DNA from: Nitrososphaeria archaeon
GTDB taxonomy: Archaea > Thermoproteota > Nitrososphaeria > JACIWG01
Direction: 5' to 3'
Length of the DNA stretch: 64,000 bases
NCBI GenBank assembly: GCA_050011875.1
Contig: JBEKIG010000009.1
Span: 1-64,000, forward strand
The notes below the pieces were generated by a model. It was given only the letters and a program-made list of their open reading frames with translations. It was not told where the DNA came from and made no database searches. Position 1 is the first letter of the stretch; each line of letters begins with the position of its first letter. The translations under genes and the position numbers were made by a program. Shown here piece by piece: positions 40,319 to 50,813 of this stretch.

Positions 40319-40688
40319 CCTTGTTAAGGTCAAGATAAAGAGAGGAAGCTGGGAGATAGAAGTTGAATGTGACGAAGAAAAAGTCGCTGATGTGGTTTCT
40401 AAAGTTCTAGCTGGATTTGACAGCGGTATATCAAGCGTTCAAACAGGGGACGTAAAGGACACCGGTGGAGTTACATGCCGGGGTTTACTTGACAACATGT
40501 GGAGAGAAGGCTGGTTTATGGTTTCTAAGAGGCTTTCTGAAGTTGACGAAGAACTAGCTAGAAGAGGCTATCACTATGATAGGTCAGCTATTTCTCATGC
40601 CTTAACAGACCTTGTTAGAGAGGGTATATTGACTAGGGAAGGTGAGTCCAGAAATTATCATTACGTACAGAAGAAGCCGCCGTTATAA
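40311..40688 (+). CDS. Hypothetical protein: N-terminal beta-hairpin + C-terminal winged helix
   Basis: VKVKIKRGSWEIEVE; KRLSEVDEELARRGY..DRSAISHALTDLVREGILTR. Confidence 0.8.
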   Translation: MNNLVKVKIKRGSWEIEVECDEEKVADVVSKVLAGFDSGISSVQTGDVKDTGGVTCRGLLDNMWREGWFMVSKRLSEVDEELARRGYHYDRSAISHALTDLVREGILTREGESRNYHYVQKKPPL

Positions 40689-40690
40689 AT

Positions 40691-41191
40691 CTACGTTTTT
40701 GATTTCTTTTGAAGTTGTTGTCTTAACCATTCTATTCCTAATGTGGTCATCTTATAGGTCACACCCTTCTCTGAAGACTCCCTTTCGACATGGTTGGCCT
40801 TCACTAGTTCACTGATCCTTGAACTAATGCTCTTTGAATTAAGTCCAGTACTTGACTGAATCTCCTGTAGAGATAGACTTAGTGAAGCCTTCTTGCCCAG
40901 AAGATATTCGATCTTTGCTGCGATTAACTGCAAAGAAATGATCTCTTTATCACTAAGGTCAGTTGACCAGATTCTTGCACCCTCAGGGGTGATTCTGATG
41001 AAGTTAGAGAATGAAATCATTAGATCGTTCAAACTAAAATTTGAGGAAATCTTTTGTGCAAGATCGTACTGAGGAAGCTGCTGCTGAACGAATTGATTGA
41101 ACTGCCGCACCACTTCTTCGGGCGAGCCTGAAAATTCTATTCTTAAAAGGCCGAATGTTATCGTCACATTTACCTTATTTGTTTCCGACAT
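40691..41191 (-). CDS. Hypothetical protein: N-terminal beta-hairpin + C-terminal winged helix
   Basis: VNVTITFGLLRIEFSGSPEEV; LSLQEIQSSTGLNSKSISSRISELVKANHVER..GVTYKMT. Confidence 0.82.
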   Translation of the reverse strand: MSETNKVNVTITFGLLRIEFSGSPEEVVRQFNQFVQQQLPQYDLAQKISSNFSLNDLMISFSNFIRITPEGARIWSTDLSDKEIISLQLIAAKIEYLLGKKASLSLSLQEIQSSTGLNSKSISSRISELVKANHVERESSEKGVTYKMTTLGIEWLRQQLQKKSKT

Positions 41192-41724
41192 TATACATTA
41201 CCATGTCCTTCCGCAGGATTTATTGGTTTCGTTGTATCTAACTCTTGTGGAGCCTGCTCAGCTACCGCAGAAATTAACTGCAAGTAAAGGTATTCGCCTG
41301 ATTCATTTTTGAATCTTCTAACCTTACCTCCTTTTGTAAGTCTAAGAAGGGTTACCGCTGTAGTTGATCTGGTCAAAGGGAAACCCAGTGTTTCGAGCAC
41401 TTTCCTTATCTCTTCCAACTTTCTCGGCTTTTTACCCCAACTTGAATTAACAATTTTAACTATGATATCCCCTATCGAATCTTCCTTGAAAATCTGTATC
41501 GGCGGTAATTGCAGATCAGATTGTTGTGGCAACGTCTTTAATTCATCCTGTCTCGTTTGAGTACTCTCATTTACGATTACAGAACTTTGGCTGTGAACAG
41601 CTACTTGTTTAGCTTCCTTTGTTGCGTCGACGATTCTCGGAATTAGGTCGATAGAGGTGATTATTTCATCTATTGTACCTTCAAATTCTACTTCCGAATA
41701 GCCTACATTCACCCTTAAGCGCAT
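41191..41724 (-). CDS. Hypothetical protein: N-terminal beta-hairpin + C-terminal winged helix
   Basis: MRLRVNVGYSEVEFEGTIDEI; PRKLEEIRKVLETLGF..TRSTTAVTLLRLTKGGKVRR...YLY. Confidence 0.8.
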   Translation of the reverse strand: MRLRVNVGYSEVEFEGTIDEIITSIDLIPRIVDATKEAKQVAVHSQSSVIVNESTQTRQDELKTLPQQSDLQLPPIQIFKEDSIGDIIVKIVNSSWGKKPRKLEEIRKVLETLGFPLTRSTTAVTLLRLTKGGKVRRFKNESGEYLYLQLISAVAEQAPQELDTTKPINPAEGHGNV

Positions 41725-41815
41725 ATCTATCTTGCAAACTTTCCTGTAAACACGATATAAAGATTTTCAAAAAAATGAAGTAGAACTGCCCTTACAAAGC
41801 TTGATAAAGTTTACT

Positions 41816-43708
41816 TTATTGTTTACTCTCCACAACTTTTCTTATTTCTTCCTTGAGAATAGCCGAAACAACTCTACCGTCAACCTTTCCTCTGACTCTA
41901 CGCATAACTTCACCCATTAGAGCACCAAAGCTTCGATCTTTTTGCTCCTCTATAAGGTTCAAATTGGAGTTTACAGTCTCTGAGATGATGTTTTTCAATT
42001 CATTCTCAGATATTGATCTCAAACCGATTTTTTCAGCCGACGTCTTTGCATCGACTTTATTCTTGCACATGTGACGCATAATATCAAGGGAACTTTCTTT
42101 CGAAACTACTCCCGAATCTATGAGATCGAACAGCTCGGCACACCTCTGCTCATCTAGAAATGAAGTGTCAAAACCTTCTCTGCTCAGGCTAACAATAGAC
42201 TCTGTAAGTGTGACAACAACGTAAGTTGGGGATAATTTCGTTCTAGCACAAGTTTTTTCAAAAAGAGAAAGATAATTCGAATCAAGAAGTTGAACCGCAA
42301 GTTTTTCGTTAATGCCATATCTGTTTATGTAATCTTTTATAATTTCATTCCAAGGTTTAGGGACGCCCCTACTACATTCCTTGAGAAGCTGTTCCGTCAC
42401 TTGTATAAGAGGAATATCGGTTTCAGGGTACATTCTTGCAGCACCAGGTCTCGGCCTTGAGTACTTAGTTCTTCCTTCAGGCAGTGGACCTCTGGTTTCA
42501 GGTGGAGGGCCATCAAAGAATATTAGAGCCCTTTGACGCACAGCTGACAGAGCGGCTTCATCTTTTTTGGAAGCAAAGATCAGAAAGAAACCGTCCTGAA
42601 CCTCGGTACCAAGCATCTTCTTTACTTGCTCAATTTCTTCCAAAGTTATGTCGTAAGAAGGTAATTCATCAGAATGCAGGATGCCACCTAAGCCATTAGC
42701 TCTAGCCATTTCTGCAAGCTCTAACCCCAATCTAACGTTAGGAAATGGCTCAGCACCAAGAAGCCCCTTAAATCCAATGAGCTTAATTCCGTAAACATTT
42801 TTACCACTGTCAAGTGACTTCTTAACGATTTGGGAATAGGTGTTTTGGAACATTTTTGATACGTCAACATAGAGCCCAATAGACGAACTAGATGTTAACC
42901 CTCTTTCTTTAAGAGATTGTGCTATCTGGTAGAGGTAGTCCTGCCTAAACGCCTCATACTCTACAATCTTGGGTATGAGATCAAGTTTCTGCACTCCCTT
43001 AACTTCCGAAGGAAGAAGATTGTGAACTGAAATGTTAAGATCTTGCCTTATAGATCCAATTCCCCTAGCCACCAATTTCGTGAGACGTAAGAGCCTTCCT
43101 AGTTCGAGTGCAACCCTCTCAACCATCTTAGGTTCTACAGACATCGGCGTCAGTGCGATCTCAACAAGGGGTATTCCAAGGCGATCTAAAGAGTAAATTC
43201 TAGAATCATTACTGTCTTCGATTATTCTCGCAGCATCTTCTTCTAGAGACACCGTCTGAACTGGAACTATAAGTTCATCGACCTTTAATGACCCACCTAG
43301 AGCTACAAGAACCGTTCGCTGGAAGCCGGTTGTGTTTGAGCCATCAATAACGATCTTTCTCATAACATGCATTTCCTGTACAATATTGGAGTCTAAAGCT
43401 AAAGCTATTGTAATTGCTGCCTTTGCAGCGTCAAGGTTTATTGGATGGGGAGGCTCTTCATCACATTCGACCAAACACGCTCCATCCTTGTTGTAGAGAT
43501 ATACGTTCTTCTTGCCCTTCCTGAATTCATAAAGGACCGCAGGATCCATCTGGCCTAGCTCGCTCTGGGTGGGTCTAAGTCTTCTCATTATCTTTGAGTG
43601 CACTATATCAGTTTCCAATGGGGGACAATCACAGAACAATTTTTTCCCTACATCAAGCTGTTGATGGATTTCCAGTCCCGCTTTGAAACCAACTTGCTTA
43701 TAGTCCAA
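41816..43708 (-). CDS. gatE: Glu-tRNA(Gln) amidotransferase subunit E
   Basis: GLEIHQQL, IVIDGSNTTGFQRT, RPRPGAARMYPETD. Confidence 0.98.
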   Translation of the reverse strand: MDYKQVGFKAGLEIHQQLDVGKKLFCDCPPLETDIVHSKIMRRLRPTQSELGQMDPAVLYEFRKGKKNVYLYNKDGACLVECDEEPPHPINLDAAKAAITIALALDSNIVQEMHVMRKIVIDGSNTTGFQRTVLVALGGSLKVDELIVPVQTVSLEEDAARIIEDSNDSRIYSLDRLGIPLVEIALTPMSVEPKMVERVALELGRLLRLTKLVARGIGSIRQDLNISVHNLLPSEVKGVQKLDLIPKIVEYEAFRQDYLYQIAQSLKERGLTSSSSIGLYVDVSKMFQNTYSQIVKKSLDSGKNVYGIKLIGFKGLLGAEPFPNVRLGLELAEMARANGLGGILHSDELPSYDITLEEIEQVKKMLGTEVQDGFFLIFASKKDEAALSAVRQRALIFFDGPPPETRGPLPEGRTKYSRPRPGAARMYPETDIPLIQVTEQLLKECSRGVPKPWNEIIKDYINRYGINEKLAVQLLDSNYLSLFEKTCARTKLSPTYVVVTLTESIVSLSREGFDTSFLDEQRCAELFDLIDSGVVSKESSLDIMRHMCKNKVDAKTSAEKIGLRSISENELKNIISETVNSNLNLIEEQKDRSFGALMGEVMRRVRGKVDGRVVSAILKEEIRKVVESKQ

Positions 43709-43710
43709 TC

Positions 43711-45054
43711 TTATTCACTTCCCTCGACGATTAACCTTGAACAATATTCTCCTGCAATATTTTCTTTCATAACTTTTACCACGTCTCCGGCTCCAAAATT
43801 GCCAAGGCACCAGGACAGCTTGATAAAGGCGGTCTCGGGTAACATATCTTCAAGAGGGATGACTCCTGCTTCAAGCAGATCACGTCCCGTATCGTAGACG
43901 GTTAACCTAACACGACCGTATATGCACTGAGAAACCATGCATGCAATTAAACCATCCCTTATCAGCTTCTTCAAAGTCTTTACTGTGGGGCTGTTGACGT
44001 GGCCTAGACCTGATCCTTCGATGACGACCCCCCTATACCCGTTATCGTAAAGGCTTTCCAATATTATAGGATCAAAGTTCGGATAGAACTTGACAAGTGA
44101 AACCTTTCCATCAAATTTTGTGATGGTCTCGAATTCTGAGGGAGGCTTCCTCTTGGGTAGGTCATTTCTTAAAATGTTCAACCTGCCATTTTCATAGATT
44201 GCAATAGGATCTGTGTTAACGGATTTGAATGCATCTCTCCTGCTTGTGTGCAACTTTCTGACCTTTGTCCCCAGATGTATCGCTATCTTGTCATCAGAAA
44301 TCCACTTATGCATTGAGACGTACACGCCCGCAAATGGGGCTTTCAAAGACGTATTCATGGCGGCGATAAGGTTTGTTGCAGCATCAGAGGAAGGCCTGTC
44401 GGATGACCTCTGCGATCCAACTATCATGATCGGTATGGGAGTTTTGGAGAGGGCAAAACTTAGGGCCGCCGCAGTATATGCCAGAGTATCTGTTCCATGT
44501 GTAACGACAATCCCTTCGTATCCCTTCTTGATATAGTCGTGAATGTTTTCAGAAAGTGTACTCCAGTGTAGTGGAGTCATGTTTTCGCTATATATGCTGG
44601 ACAATACTTTAGCGTCTATTTGAGCTACCCCAGCCAGTTCAGGAACAACTGAGAGAAGATCGGAAGCGGAGAGAGCAGGTCTAACACCTCCCGTCCTATA
44701 GTCGACTCTGCTCGCTATTGTGCCACCGGTGCTTATTATTACAGCATATGGTAAATTTTTTGATGAAACAATTTCCTGTTGTGGCACAAAACCAGGAGGG
44801 GAGTGTTCCTCAATCAAAAGAATCGATTTTATTGCACTAGATTTTAAGCCTATATTATACCCGTTAGGAAGCTTTAAGGTTAAAAAACCCTTTGACGCAT
44901 ATTCATATCTGGGAATTATAGTACCTTTATATTCACCTTCAGAAATGATAACCCTCACAAGGTCCCCTGCACCAATTTTGTTTTCTTCCAACAATTTTTT
45001 CAGAGTGCCGCTATATCCCGAGAGGTCCTTCAAGATTCTCGTAACTGCTAACAA
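43711..45054 (-). CDS. gatD: Glu-tRNA(Gln) amidotransferase subunit D
   Basis: KLPNGYNIG, TGGTIASRVDY, HGTDT, QRSSDRPSSD. Confidence 0.98.
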   Translation of the reverse strand: MLAVTRILKDLSGYSGTLKKLLEENKIGAGDLVRVIISEGEYKGTIIPRYEYASKGFLTLKLPNGYNIGLKSSAIKSILLIEEHSPPGFVPQQEIVSSKNLPYAVIISTGGTIASRVDYRTGGVRPALSASDLLSVVPELAGVAQIDAKVLSSIYSENMTPLHWSTLSENIHDYIKKGYEGIVVTHGTDTLAYTAAALSFALSKTPIPIMIVGSQRSSDRPSSDAATNLIAAMNTSLKAPFAGVYVSMHKWISDDKIAIHLGTKVRKLHTSRRDAFKSVNTDPIAIYENGRLNILRNDLPKRKPPSEFETITKFDGKVSLVKFYPNFDPIILESLYDNGYRGVVIEGSGLGHVNSPTVKTLKKLIRDGLIACMVSQCIYGRVRLTVYDTGRDLLEAGVIPLEDMLPETAFIKLSWCLGNFGAGDVVKVMKENIAGEYCSRLIVEGSE

Positions 45055-45131
45055 TCTGAGTTGATTTAACCTTTTTGCGAATCATAACCCATTTGTAACA
45101 TTTAAATTACAATAGGGAGTAAGCTTTTAAT

Positions 45132-45875
45132 GTGATTTGGTTGGTAGAAGACTATGGAACTAAGACCTGGTCGGAAGTGGCGACAGTGTTGAACGATGGA
45201 TTGAATACTGTAATAATCCCAATTGGCACAGTTGAGGCCCATGGCAAACATCTTCCGATAACGACAGATGCCATATTACCTCAAGAAATCTGTAAGAGGT
45301 TAAGTGACAAGGTAAAGGCACTTGTGGCGCCTCCAATATACTATGGTGTGACAACTTCTCTGAGTAATTATCCGGGTTCGATACCCGTCAGCAGGCAGGC
45401 TTTTACATCTTATCTAACAGACATCTTTGTAGGTTTTGCTAAATCAGGTTTCTTAAACATAATAGTGGTCAATGGACATGCAGGGAATGTTGAGAGCATT
45501 AGGGAGGCCGCTGAAAAGGCATATGATAGGGCTAGAATCCGAACTTTGGATATTGACTGGTATATCGCGTGTGACGATGTTGTGAAAAAACATTACGGTA
45601 CCCTTTCAGGACATGGCACAATAGAAGAAACTGCCGCAATCTTAGCAGTGGACAAAAAACTTGTCAAAAACGCCTTATACGACAAGAAACAAGCAATTAG
45701 ACGGGTGGAAGGAACGTGGATGTACCCGATGGTTGGTTCCATGATAAAAAGGGATGAGCTTGACATACCTAATTTTGACCTCGATAAAGGGAAAAAATTC
45801 TTTGCCGAGGTCTGTCAGACAATAGAAGGCATCATTGCCGACTATATGGCAAGGGCTTCAGAAAATCCACTTTAA
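45132..45875 (+). CDS. Creatininase-family amidohydrolase
   Basis: PIGTVEAHGKHLP..TD, NGHAGN, HG..EET. Confidence 0.9.
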   Translation: MIWLVEDYGTKTWSEVATVLNDGLNTVIIPIGTVEAHGKHLPITTDAILPQEICKRLSDKVKALVAPPIYYGVTTSLSNYPGSIPVSRQAFTSYLTDIFVGFAKSGFLNIIVVNGHAGNVESIREAAEKAYDRARIRTLDIDWYIACDDVVKKHYGTLSGHGTIEETAAILAVDKKLVKNALYDKKQAIRRVEGTWMYPMVGSMIKRDELDIPNFDLDKGKKFFAEVCQTIEGIIADYMARASENPL

Positions 45876-45883
45876 AAGAGGAA

Positions 45884-47485
45884 CTAGCTCAGTTTCTTTC
45901 CCATGTAGGGTCCAGTCGGAGAGTAGCCCAATTTTTCATAGTATCTTCTTGTTCCTACAGCACTTGTTACGAGAATCTTTTCACTATCAAATTCATTTTT
46001 TGAAATGAACTCGGCTTCTTCGAGCAGCTTTCTTCCAAATCCCTTATGCTGCCATCCATCATTTGATTTGGAACCTATTGGGACAACTGAACCGTAAACG
46101 TGAAGTTCCCTGATTAAAGCCGCATCTTTAACCTCTACCCTATGAGCTGATATTGAAGGTTTCCTAAGCCTCAAAAAGCCCACGAGAATTGAACGATCAT
46201 ATGTTTCAAAAGATATAAAAACCTCTTTTCCATTCGATGCATTGTAGTAAATTTTGTGAATTTTAAGCTCTTCTTTCGTAAGCTTATCCTTTCGGGCTAG
46301 AAGACCAACTTCCCTGCATCTTATACACCTACACATCTTTCCACTTTCCTTAAGACGCTCTTGTGAGAGCTCCCTAAGATTTCCTTTCTTTACACCGGCT
46401 ACTATAAGGTTAGCGGGGATATCTCTCTGAACCCGCATTATTCTTACCCAATAGGGGACAAGTGACATTACTTCAGAAACAATATCAATTACCTTATCTT
46501 CTGGATAAGGAGTGTATTCACCCTTTAAATAGTACTGGTAAAGTTGAGAGTTTTCAACGACAAGCGTGGGATATATCTTTACCATGTCTGGTCTGAAGTC
46601 TGGATCTTTAAACAGCTTCTTAAAGGACAATATATCTTCTTCAGGTGTAGAACCTGGAAGACCAGGCATCATGTGAGCAACGATCTTTAGACCGGAGTCC
46701 TTCGCTATTCTAAATGCTTCTATAACATCTTGAACGCTGTGACCTCTTCCGACAATCTGATATATTCTGTCTGACGGATGCTGGACCCCTATTTCTACTC
46801 TTGTTACACCATATTTTAACATGCTATCCACATGCGTCTGTTTGCAGAAGTCAGGTCTCGTCTCCAAAGTCAGACCTACGTTTCTGATACACGCATTTTG
46901 GTTAAAGCGTAAGGATTCTTCTAAAGATTTTGAGACGAAACCATTTAAACCATCAAAGCATCCTTTTACAAAGTATCTCTGATATTTCTCAGGCTGATTT
47001 AGAAAAGTCCCGCCCATGACGATAAGTTCAGCCTTCTGAACTTCATGCCCAATCGCTTTTAGCTGTCTGATTCTGCTTGCTACCTGCGAATAGGGATCGT
47101 AATTGTGTTCTCTTCCTCTTGCGGCTGTAGGCTCATAGCCGGTGTAACTTTGAGGGGAACCATACTGTACTCCTCCAGGGCAATAGAGACATGGTATCTT
47201 CTGAGGGCAAGGATACGGTCTTGACATTACAGCAATGACAACAACTCCTGAAGCGGAACGTATGGGTTTTAGCCTCAGTATTGAGCGTAGTAACTCCTGC
47301 TTTTTAGGTGGAACTATCGATAGAATGTCAGAATTTTTTGGAACAGTCTCCAATCCAAATTCCTTTGAAACTTTTACTTTGAGTGAATATAAGACACGTT
47401 GATTTCTAGGAGGGTTCTCTGCCATCAAAACTGAAATCTTCTTGCACGCCTTTGAATAAGCCTCCTTACTTTTTTCCATTAACAT
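45884..47485 (-). CDS. elp3: Elp3 tRNA wobble-U carboxymethyltransferase (radical SAM + GNAT)
   Basis: CP...CLYCPGG, MGGTF, ETRPD, KIYPTLV, RELHVYG, QHKGFG. Confidence 0.97.
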   Translation of the reverse strand: MLMEKSKEAYSKACKKISVLMAENPPRNQRVLYSLKVKVSKEFGLETVPKNSDILSIVPPKKQELLRSILRLKPIRSASGVVVIAVMSRPYPCPQKIPCLYCPGGVQYGSPQSYTGYEPTAARGREHNYDPYSQVASRIRQLKAIGHEVQKAELIVMGGTFLNQPEKYQRYFVKGCFDGLNGFVSKSLEESLRFNQNACIRNVGLTLETRPDFCKQTHVDSMLKYGVTRVEIGVQHPSDRIYQIVGRGHSVQDVIEAFRIAKDSGLKIVAHMMPGLPGSTPEEDILSFKKLFKDPDFRPDMVKIYPTLVVENSQLYQYYLKGEYTPYPEDKVIDIVSEVMSLVPYWVRIMRVQRDIPANLIVAGVKKGNLRELSQERLKESGKMCRCIRCREVGLLARKDKLTKEELKIHKIYYNASNGKEVFISFETYDRSILVGFLRLRKPSISAHRVEVKDAALIRELHVYGSVVPIGSKSNDGWQHKGFGRKLLEEAEFISKNEFDSEKILVTSAVGTRRYYEKLGYSPTGPYMGKKLS

Positions 47486-47530
47486 CGTAACCTGGAGAAT
47501 AAAACATAAAATTATGCGTAATTTAAGTTT

Positions 47531-47698
47531 TTATCTAAGAACCCAGTTCTGCCCACTCTTCCTCTTGAGGACAAACCTTTTAACATAATTTCCTCTATTC
47601 CTTACTTTCGGAATCGGTGAAGGTTTATGCTCCTTTTTCTGAGGAGGCGTCTTGGATCTTACTTTTCCAGCTTTGGTTAAGCTTCCATGTGTTGGCAT
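47531..47698 (-). CDS. rps30e: 30S ribosomal protein S30e (55 aa, missed by the ORF track)
   Basis: Manual translation MPTHGSLTKAGKVRSKTP...PKVRNRGNYVKRF. Confidence 0.95.
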   Translation of the reverse strand: MPTHGSLTKAGKVRSKTPPQKKEHKPSPIPKVRNRGNYVKRFVLKRKSGQNWVLR

Positions 47699-47772
47699 AG
47701 CTAACGTCAGAACAATCTGCCATTGGCGTAAATAAGTGTTACCTTTTATTTAGTACAATAGACCTGCTTCTT

Positions 47773-48609
47773 CTAAAGAGAAAGCTTTTTTCCTGAAGCA
47801 CTTCTAATATATTTTCCAAAATCGGATGATTTCATAAGATCATCTCCACCGAAAACCGGACCGTCTCTGCAGACGAGGAAACCTGAGCCATTTAGTGTGC
47901 ACTGACCACATATGCCAATAGCACATTTCATATAACGTTCAAGGGAGAGTTGCATTCTGATACCGTTTTTAAGAGCGATATCGAACAGGTCGTAAAGCAT
48001 TTTTTCAGGACCACACCCATAAATCTGGTCAAATAACGCTTCATTAACCAACTGACGTATCATCATGCTCGCAAAACACTTCTGACCTATTGTACCATCA
48101 TCTGAAGTAGGAAAATACGAGAGTAAACCCTTCTTACCTAATTCCACAAATTCTTTGTGGAAGAAGTTCTCGGAACCCGTTCTTGCGCCCACTACGACTG
48201 TCGGAAACATCTTCTTCTGGAGCATCTTGTCGACAAGTAAGCGGATTCCAGCAACACCAATTCCTCCGGCTGCCATAAGTGGCTTTTTTCCAAGAATCTT
48301 GAATCCTTCACCATAGGGCCCTCTGACACCCAAACTCTGACCCTTAGATATGGAGCAGAGACGTTTGGTCGTATCGCCGACGGCTTTTACCGTTATACCG
48401 CATATTCCGTCATCAACATGGGAAATCGACATAGGGACTTCATCACAACCGACAAACCAGATCATCAAATATTGTCCTGGAACTGCCTCAGATACAAATT
48501 CGTCTTCAAAGAAAAGTGTCGAACAGTTTTGGCTGTAACTGGTAACTTTTATAACCTTTCTTATTCTCAATGCATTAGCTTGGGGATCGAATATTTTTTT
48601 AGAGGTCAT
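47773..48609 (-). CDS. pyrK: Dihydroorotate dehydrogenase electron-transfer subunit
   Basis: PGQY, RGPYG, AGGIG, CGPEKM, CAIGICGQC..VC 2Fe-2S; ATG 48609 overlaps the pyrD stop. Confidence 0.93.
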   Translation of the reverse strand: MTSKKIFDPQANALRIRKVIKVTSYSQNCSTLFFEDEFVSEAVPGQYLMIWFVGCDEVPMSISHVDDGICGITVKAVGDTTKRLCSISKGQSLGVRGPYGEGFKILGKKPLMAAGGIGVAGIRLLVDKMLQKKMFPTVVVGARTGSENFFHKEFVELGKKGLLSYFPTSDDGTIGQKCFASMMIRQLVNEALFDQIYGCGPEKMLYDLFDIALKNGIRMQLSLERYMKCAIGICGQCTLNGSGFLVCRDGPVFGGDDLMKSSDFGKYIRSASGKKLSL

Positions 48610-49517
48610 TTGTGTCCCCTGCCAACAATCTCGTCCAAGCATGAGAAATTTTTTTCAATCATGTACTTTCTAAGACCCGCTAATATTTCTTCGAACACTT
48701 CTAAACCCTTCCAAACTATAGCTGAGCCTATCTGCACAGCCGAAGCACCAGCGAGTAAATACTCAACCGCGTCCTTCCAAGACAGAATCCCCCCTACTCC
48801 AACTATTGGAACATCTATGCTCTCAAAAAGATCGTAAACCATTTTTATAGAAACTGGTTTTATTGCTGGACCAGAAAGTCCGCCGGATTTATTCGCTAAA
48901 ATAGGTTTCATAGCATCAATATCGATTGCCATAGCCTTCAATGTATTGATAGCGACAATAGCGTCAGCTCCAGCCTTTACAGCTGAAAACGCTATAGAAG
49001 TGACATCGGAAACATTTGGTGTTATTTTGGCGAAAACAGGTACGTTTACAGAGTTCTTAACTTTGTTTACAACTTTATAGACCATTTCAGGATCCTGTCC
49101 AATAAGGGACCCGACTTCTTTTACGTGAGGACATGAGAGGTTAATTTCGAATGCCGAAGGCTTAAGGGCTAGCAACTTTTTCGCAACTTTAGAGTATTCA
49201 TCAGGGGATGAGCCAAATATACTGTAGATGACTGGAAAATTAAAGATTTGGCCTTCAAATTCTTTAACGAATTCGTCGATACCAGGATTTGGTAAACCCA
49301 TAGCGTTTATTAGGCCATAGGAATCAATAACGTAAACTGATGGATTAGAATATCCATCTCTTGCTTTAATACCTACAGATTTTGTGACAGCCGCTCCCGC
49401 ACCCGCGTTGGCGACTCTTCTAATTGTGGAGGAAGTCATGCCGAGTATACCTGAAGCAAGAATGAGAGGATTGTCTATTACTAATCCCGCCACCTTTGTT
49501 TGAAAGTTAGGATGCAT
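48606..49517 (-). CDS. pyrD: Dihydroorotate dehydrogenase 1B catalytic subunit
   Basis: NPLILASG, NAMGLPNPG, NLSCPH, GGLSG; likely ATG at 49517. Confidence 0.96.
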   Translation of the reverse strand: MHPNFQTKVAGLVIDNPLILASGILGMTSSTIRRVANAGAGAAVTKSVGIKARDGYSNPSVYVIDSYGLINAMGLPNPGIDEFVKEFEGQIFNFPVIYSIFGSSPDEYSKVAKKLLALKPSAFEINLSCPHVKEVGSLIGQDPEMVYKVVNKVKNSVNVPVFAKITPNVSDVTSIAFSAVKAGADAIVAINTLKAMAIDIDAMKPILANKSGGLSGPAIKPVSIKMVYDLFESIDVPIVGVGGILSWKDAVEYLLAGASAVQIGSAIVWKGLEVFEEILAGLRKYMIEKNFSCLDEIVGRGHK

Positions 49518-49625
49518 ATCTGTTATGTTAGCCCGAGAACATGTAAGCAAAAAAGGTTTTGTTTTCTTTTTACATCTATAATTTATAAATAGGCCCATGA
49601 GTGCTAGTGTTAAAGAGTTGGGAGC

Positions 49626-50810
49626 TTGATAATAGTCTTCGCACACGAAGCAGGTATAAGCGTACTAGATGAGAAGCTTAAGGTAATAGGTACAGTAGGT
49701 TACTCTAAGAACCCTGCTGTAGAATATAAAGGGTTTCTAGAGGGAGAGGAGTACGATTTAATTAAAGCAACTCTCGAAAAGGTCAAAGCTTTACCAAGCG
49801 AGCTAGTTCTAGTGCAGACACAGCAGCTCAGAAGGGTCTTCTTAGAAGAGCTTCCAAAAGTCGATCTTATACAAGACGATAAAGTTTCAAAAATCGTATC
49901 CGATAAGATGAGGATAATATTAGAATCTGGGTTTGCTGAAAATGAGCAGAAGGCATATGAAGCATTAAGAGAGTTTAGCTTGAGACAGTCAGAAGCGAAG
50001 ATCACTGAAGAATCAACTCGATTGGACCTGCAGGCGATGGAAGCTGTGTTAGCCCTAGATGAGCTCGATAAAATGATTAACATCATAGGAACAAGGGTAA
50101 AGGAATGGTACCAAATACACTTCCCAGAAATACTGCAGTTCTATGAAGAGCCAGTTGAATTATGTAAGTTTGTTTCTGATGTAGGAGACCGAAGGAACCT
50201 TGACGAAGATAAAGCTGCAACACTCAAGTTTTCAGAGAACAAGAAAAGAGCCTTACTTAGTGCTGCCCAAAAGTCAAGAGGCGGAACATTCAGAGAAGAG
50301 GACATAGAAAGAATTGTTGTGCTCGCGAATCTTGTCAAAGACACGAATGAAGTTAAAAAGAGAATGTCAAACTTTATCGAGGGCGTTATGAAAAAAATAG
50401 CTCCAAATGTTACAGCGATTTGTGGAGCAACAATTGGAGCAAGGCTTATCTCGAAAGCTGGAGGCTTGGAGAAGCTAGCAATGCTACCGTCGAGCACAAT
50501 CCAGATCTTGGGGGCGGAAAAGGCAATCTTTAGGGCAATAAAAACTGGTGCTAAACCACCAAAACATGGAGTAATCTTTCAGCATGCGTTGGTACATGAG
50601 TCTCCTAAATGGCAGAGGGGTAGAATCGCTAGGGCATTAGCTTCAAAGATTGCTATAGCTGCTAGAATCGACTTCTTTAGAAAGGAGCTTGACCCTTCTG
50701 TGGAGGAGGATCTCATGGTCAGGATTAAAGAAATAAGGAGCTCTAAGGAAAAAGTGAGAATGGAAGAAAAGTCAAAGAAGGCTTCCAAATTCAGGGGGAG
50801 GAAAAGGTAA
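49626..50810 (+). CDS. nop5: Nop5 (Nop56/58) box C/D sRNP protein
   Basis: EWYQIHFPE, APN, QILGAEKA, KPPKHG. Confidence 0.96.
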   Translation: MIIVFAHEAGISVLDEKLKVIGTVGYSKNPAVEYKGFLEGEEYDLIKATLEKVKALPSELVLVQTQQLRRVFLEELPKVDLIQDDKVSKIVSDKMRIILESGFAENEQKAYEALREFSLRQSEAKITEESTRLDLQAMEAVLALDELDKMINIIGTRVKEWYQIHFPEILQFYEEPVELCKFVSDVGDRRNLDEDKAATLKFSENKKRALLSAAQKSRGGTFREEDIERIVVLANLVKDTNEVKKRMSNFIEGVMKKIAPNVTAICGATIGARLISKAGGLEKLAMLPSSTIQILGAEKAIFRAIKTGAKPPKHGVIFQHALVHESPKWQRGRIARALASKIAIAARIDFFRKELDPSVEEDLMVRIKEIRSSKEKVRMEEKSKKASKFRGRKR

Positions 50811-50813
50811 GAC

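Noticed and set aside
40232-40333. N-terminal extension of the NurA ORF; similarly pyrD 49518-49646 and pyrK 48610-48642
   Set aside because: These overlap promoters or neighbouring genes; downstream ATGs fit the families better
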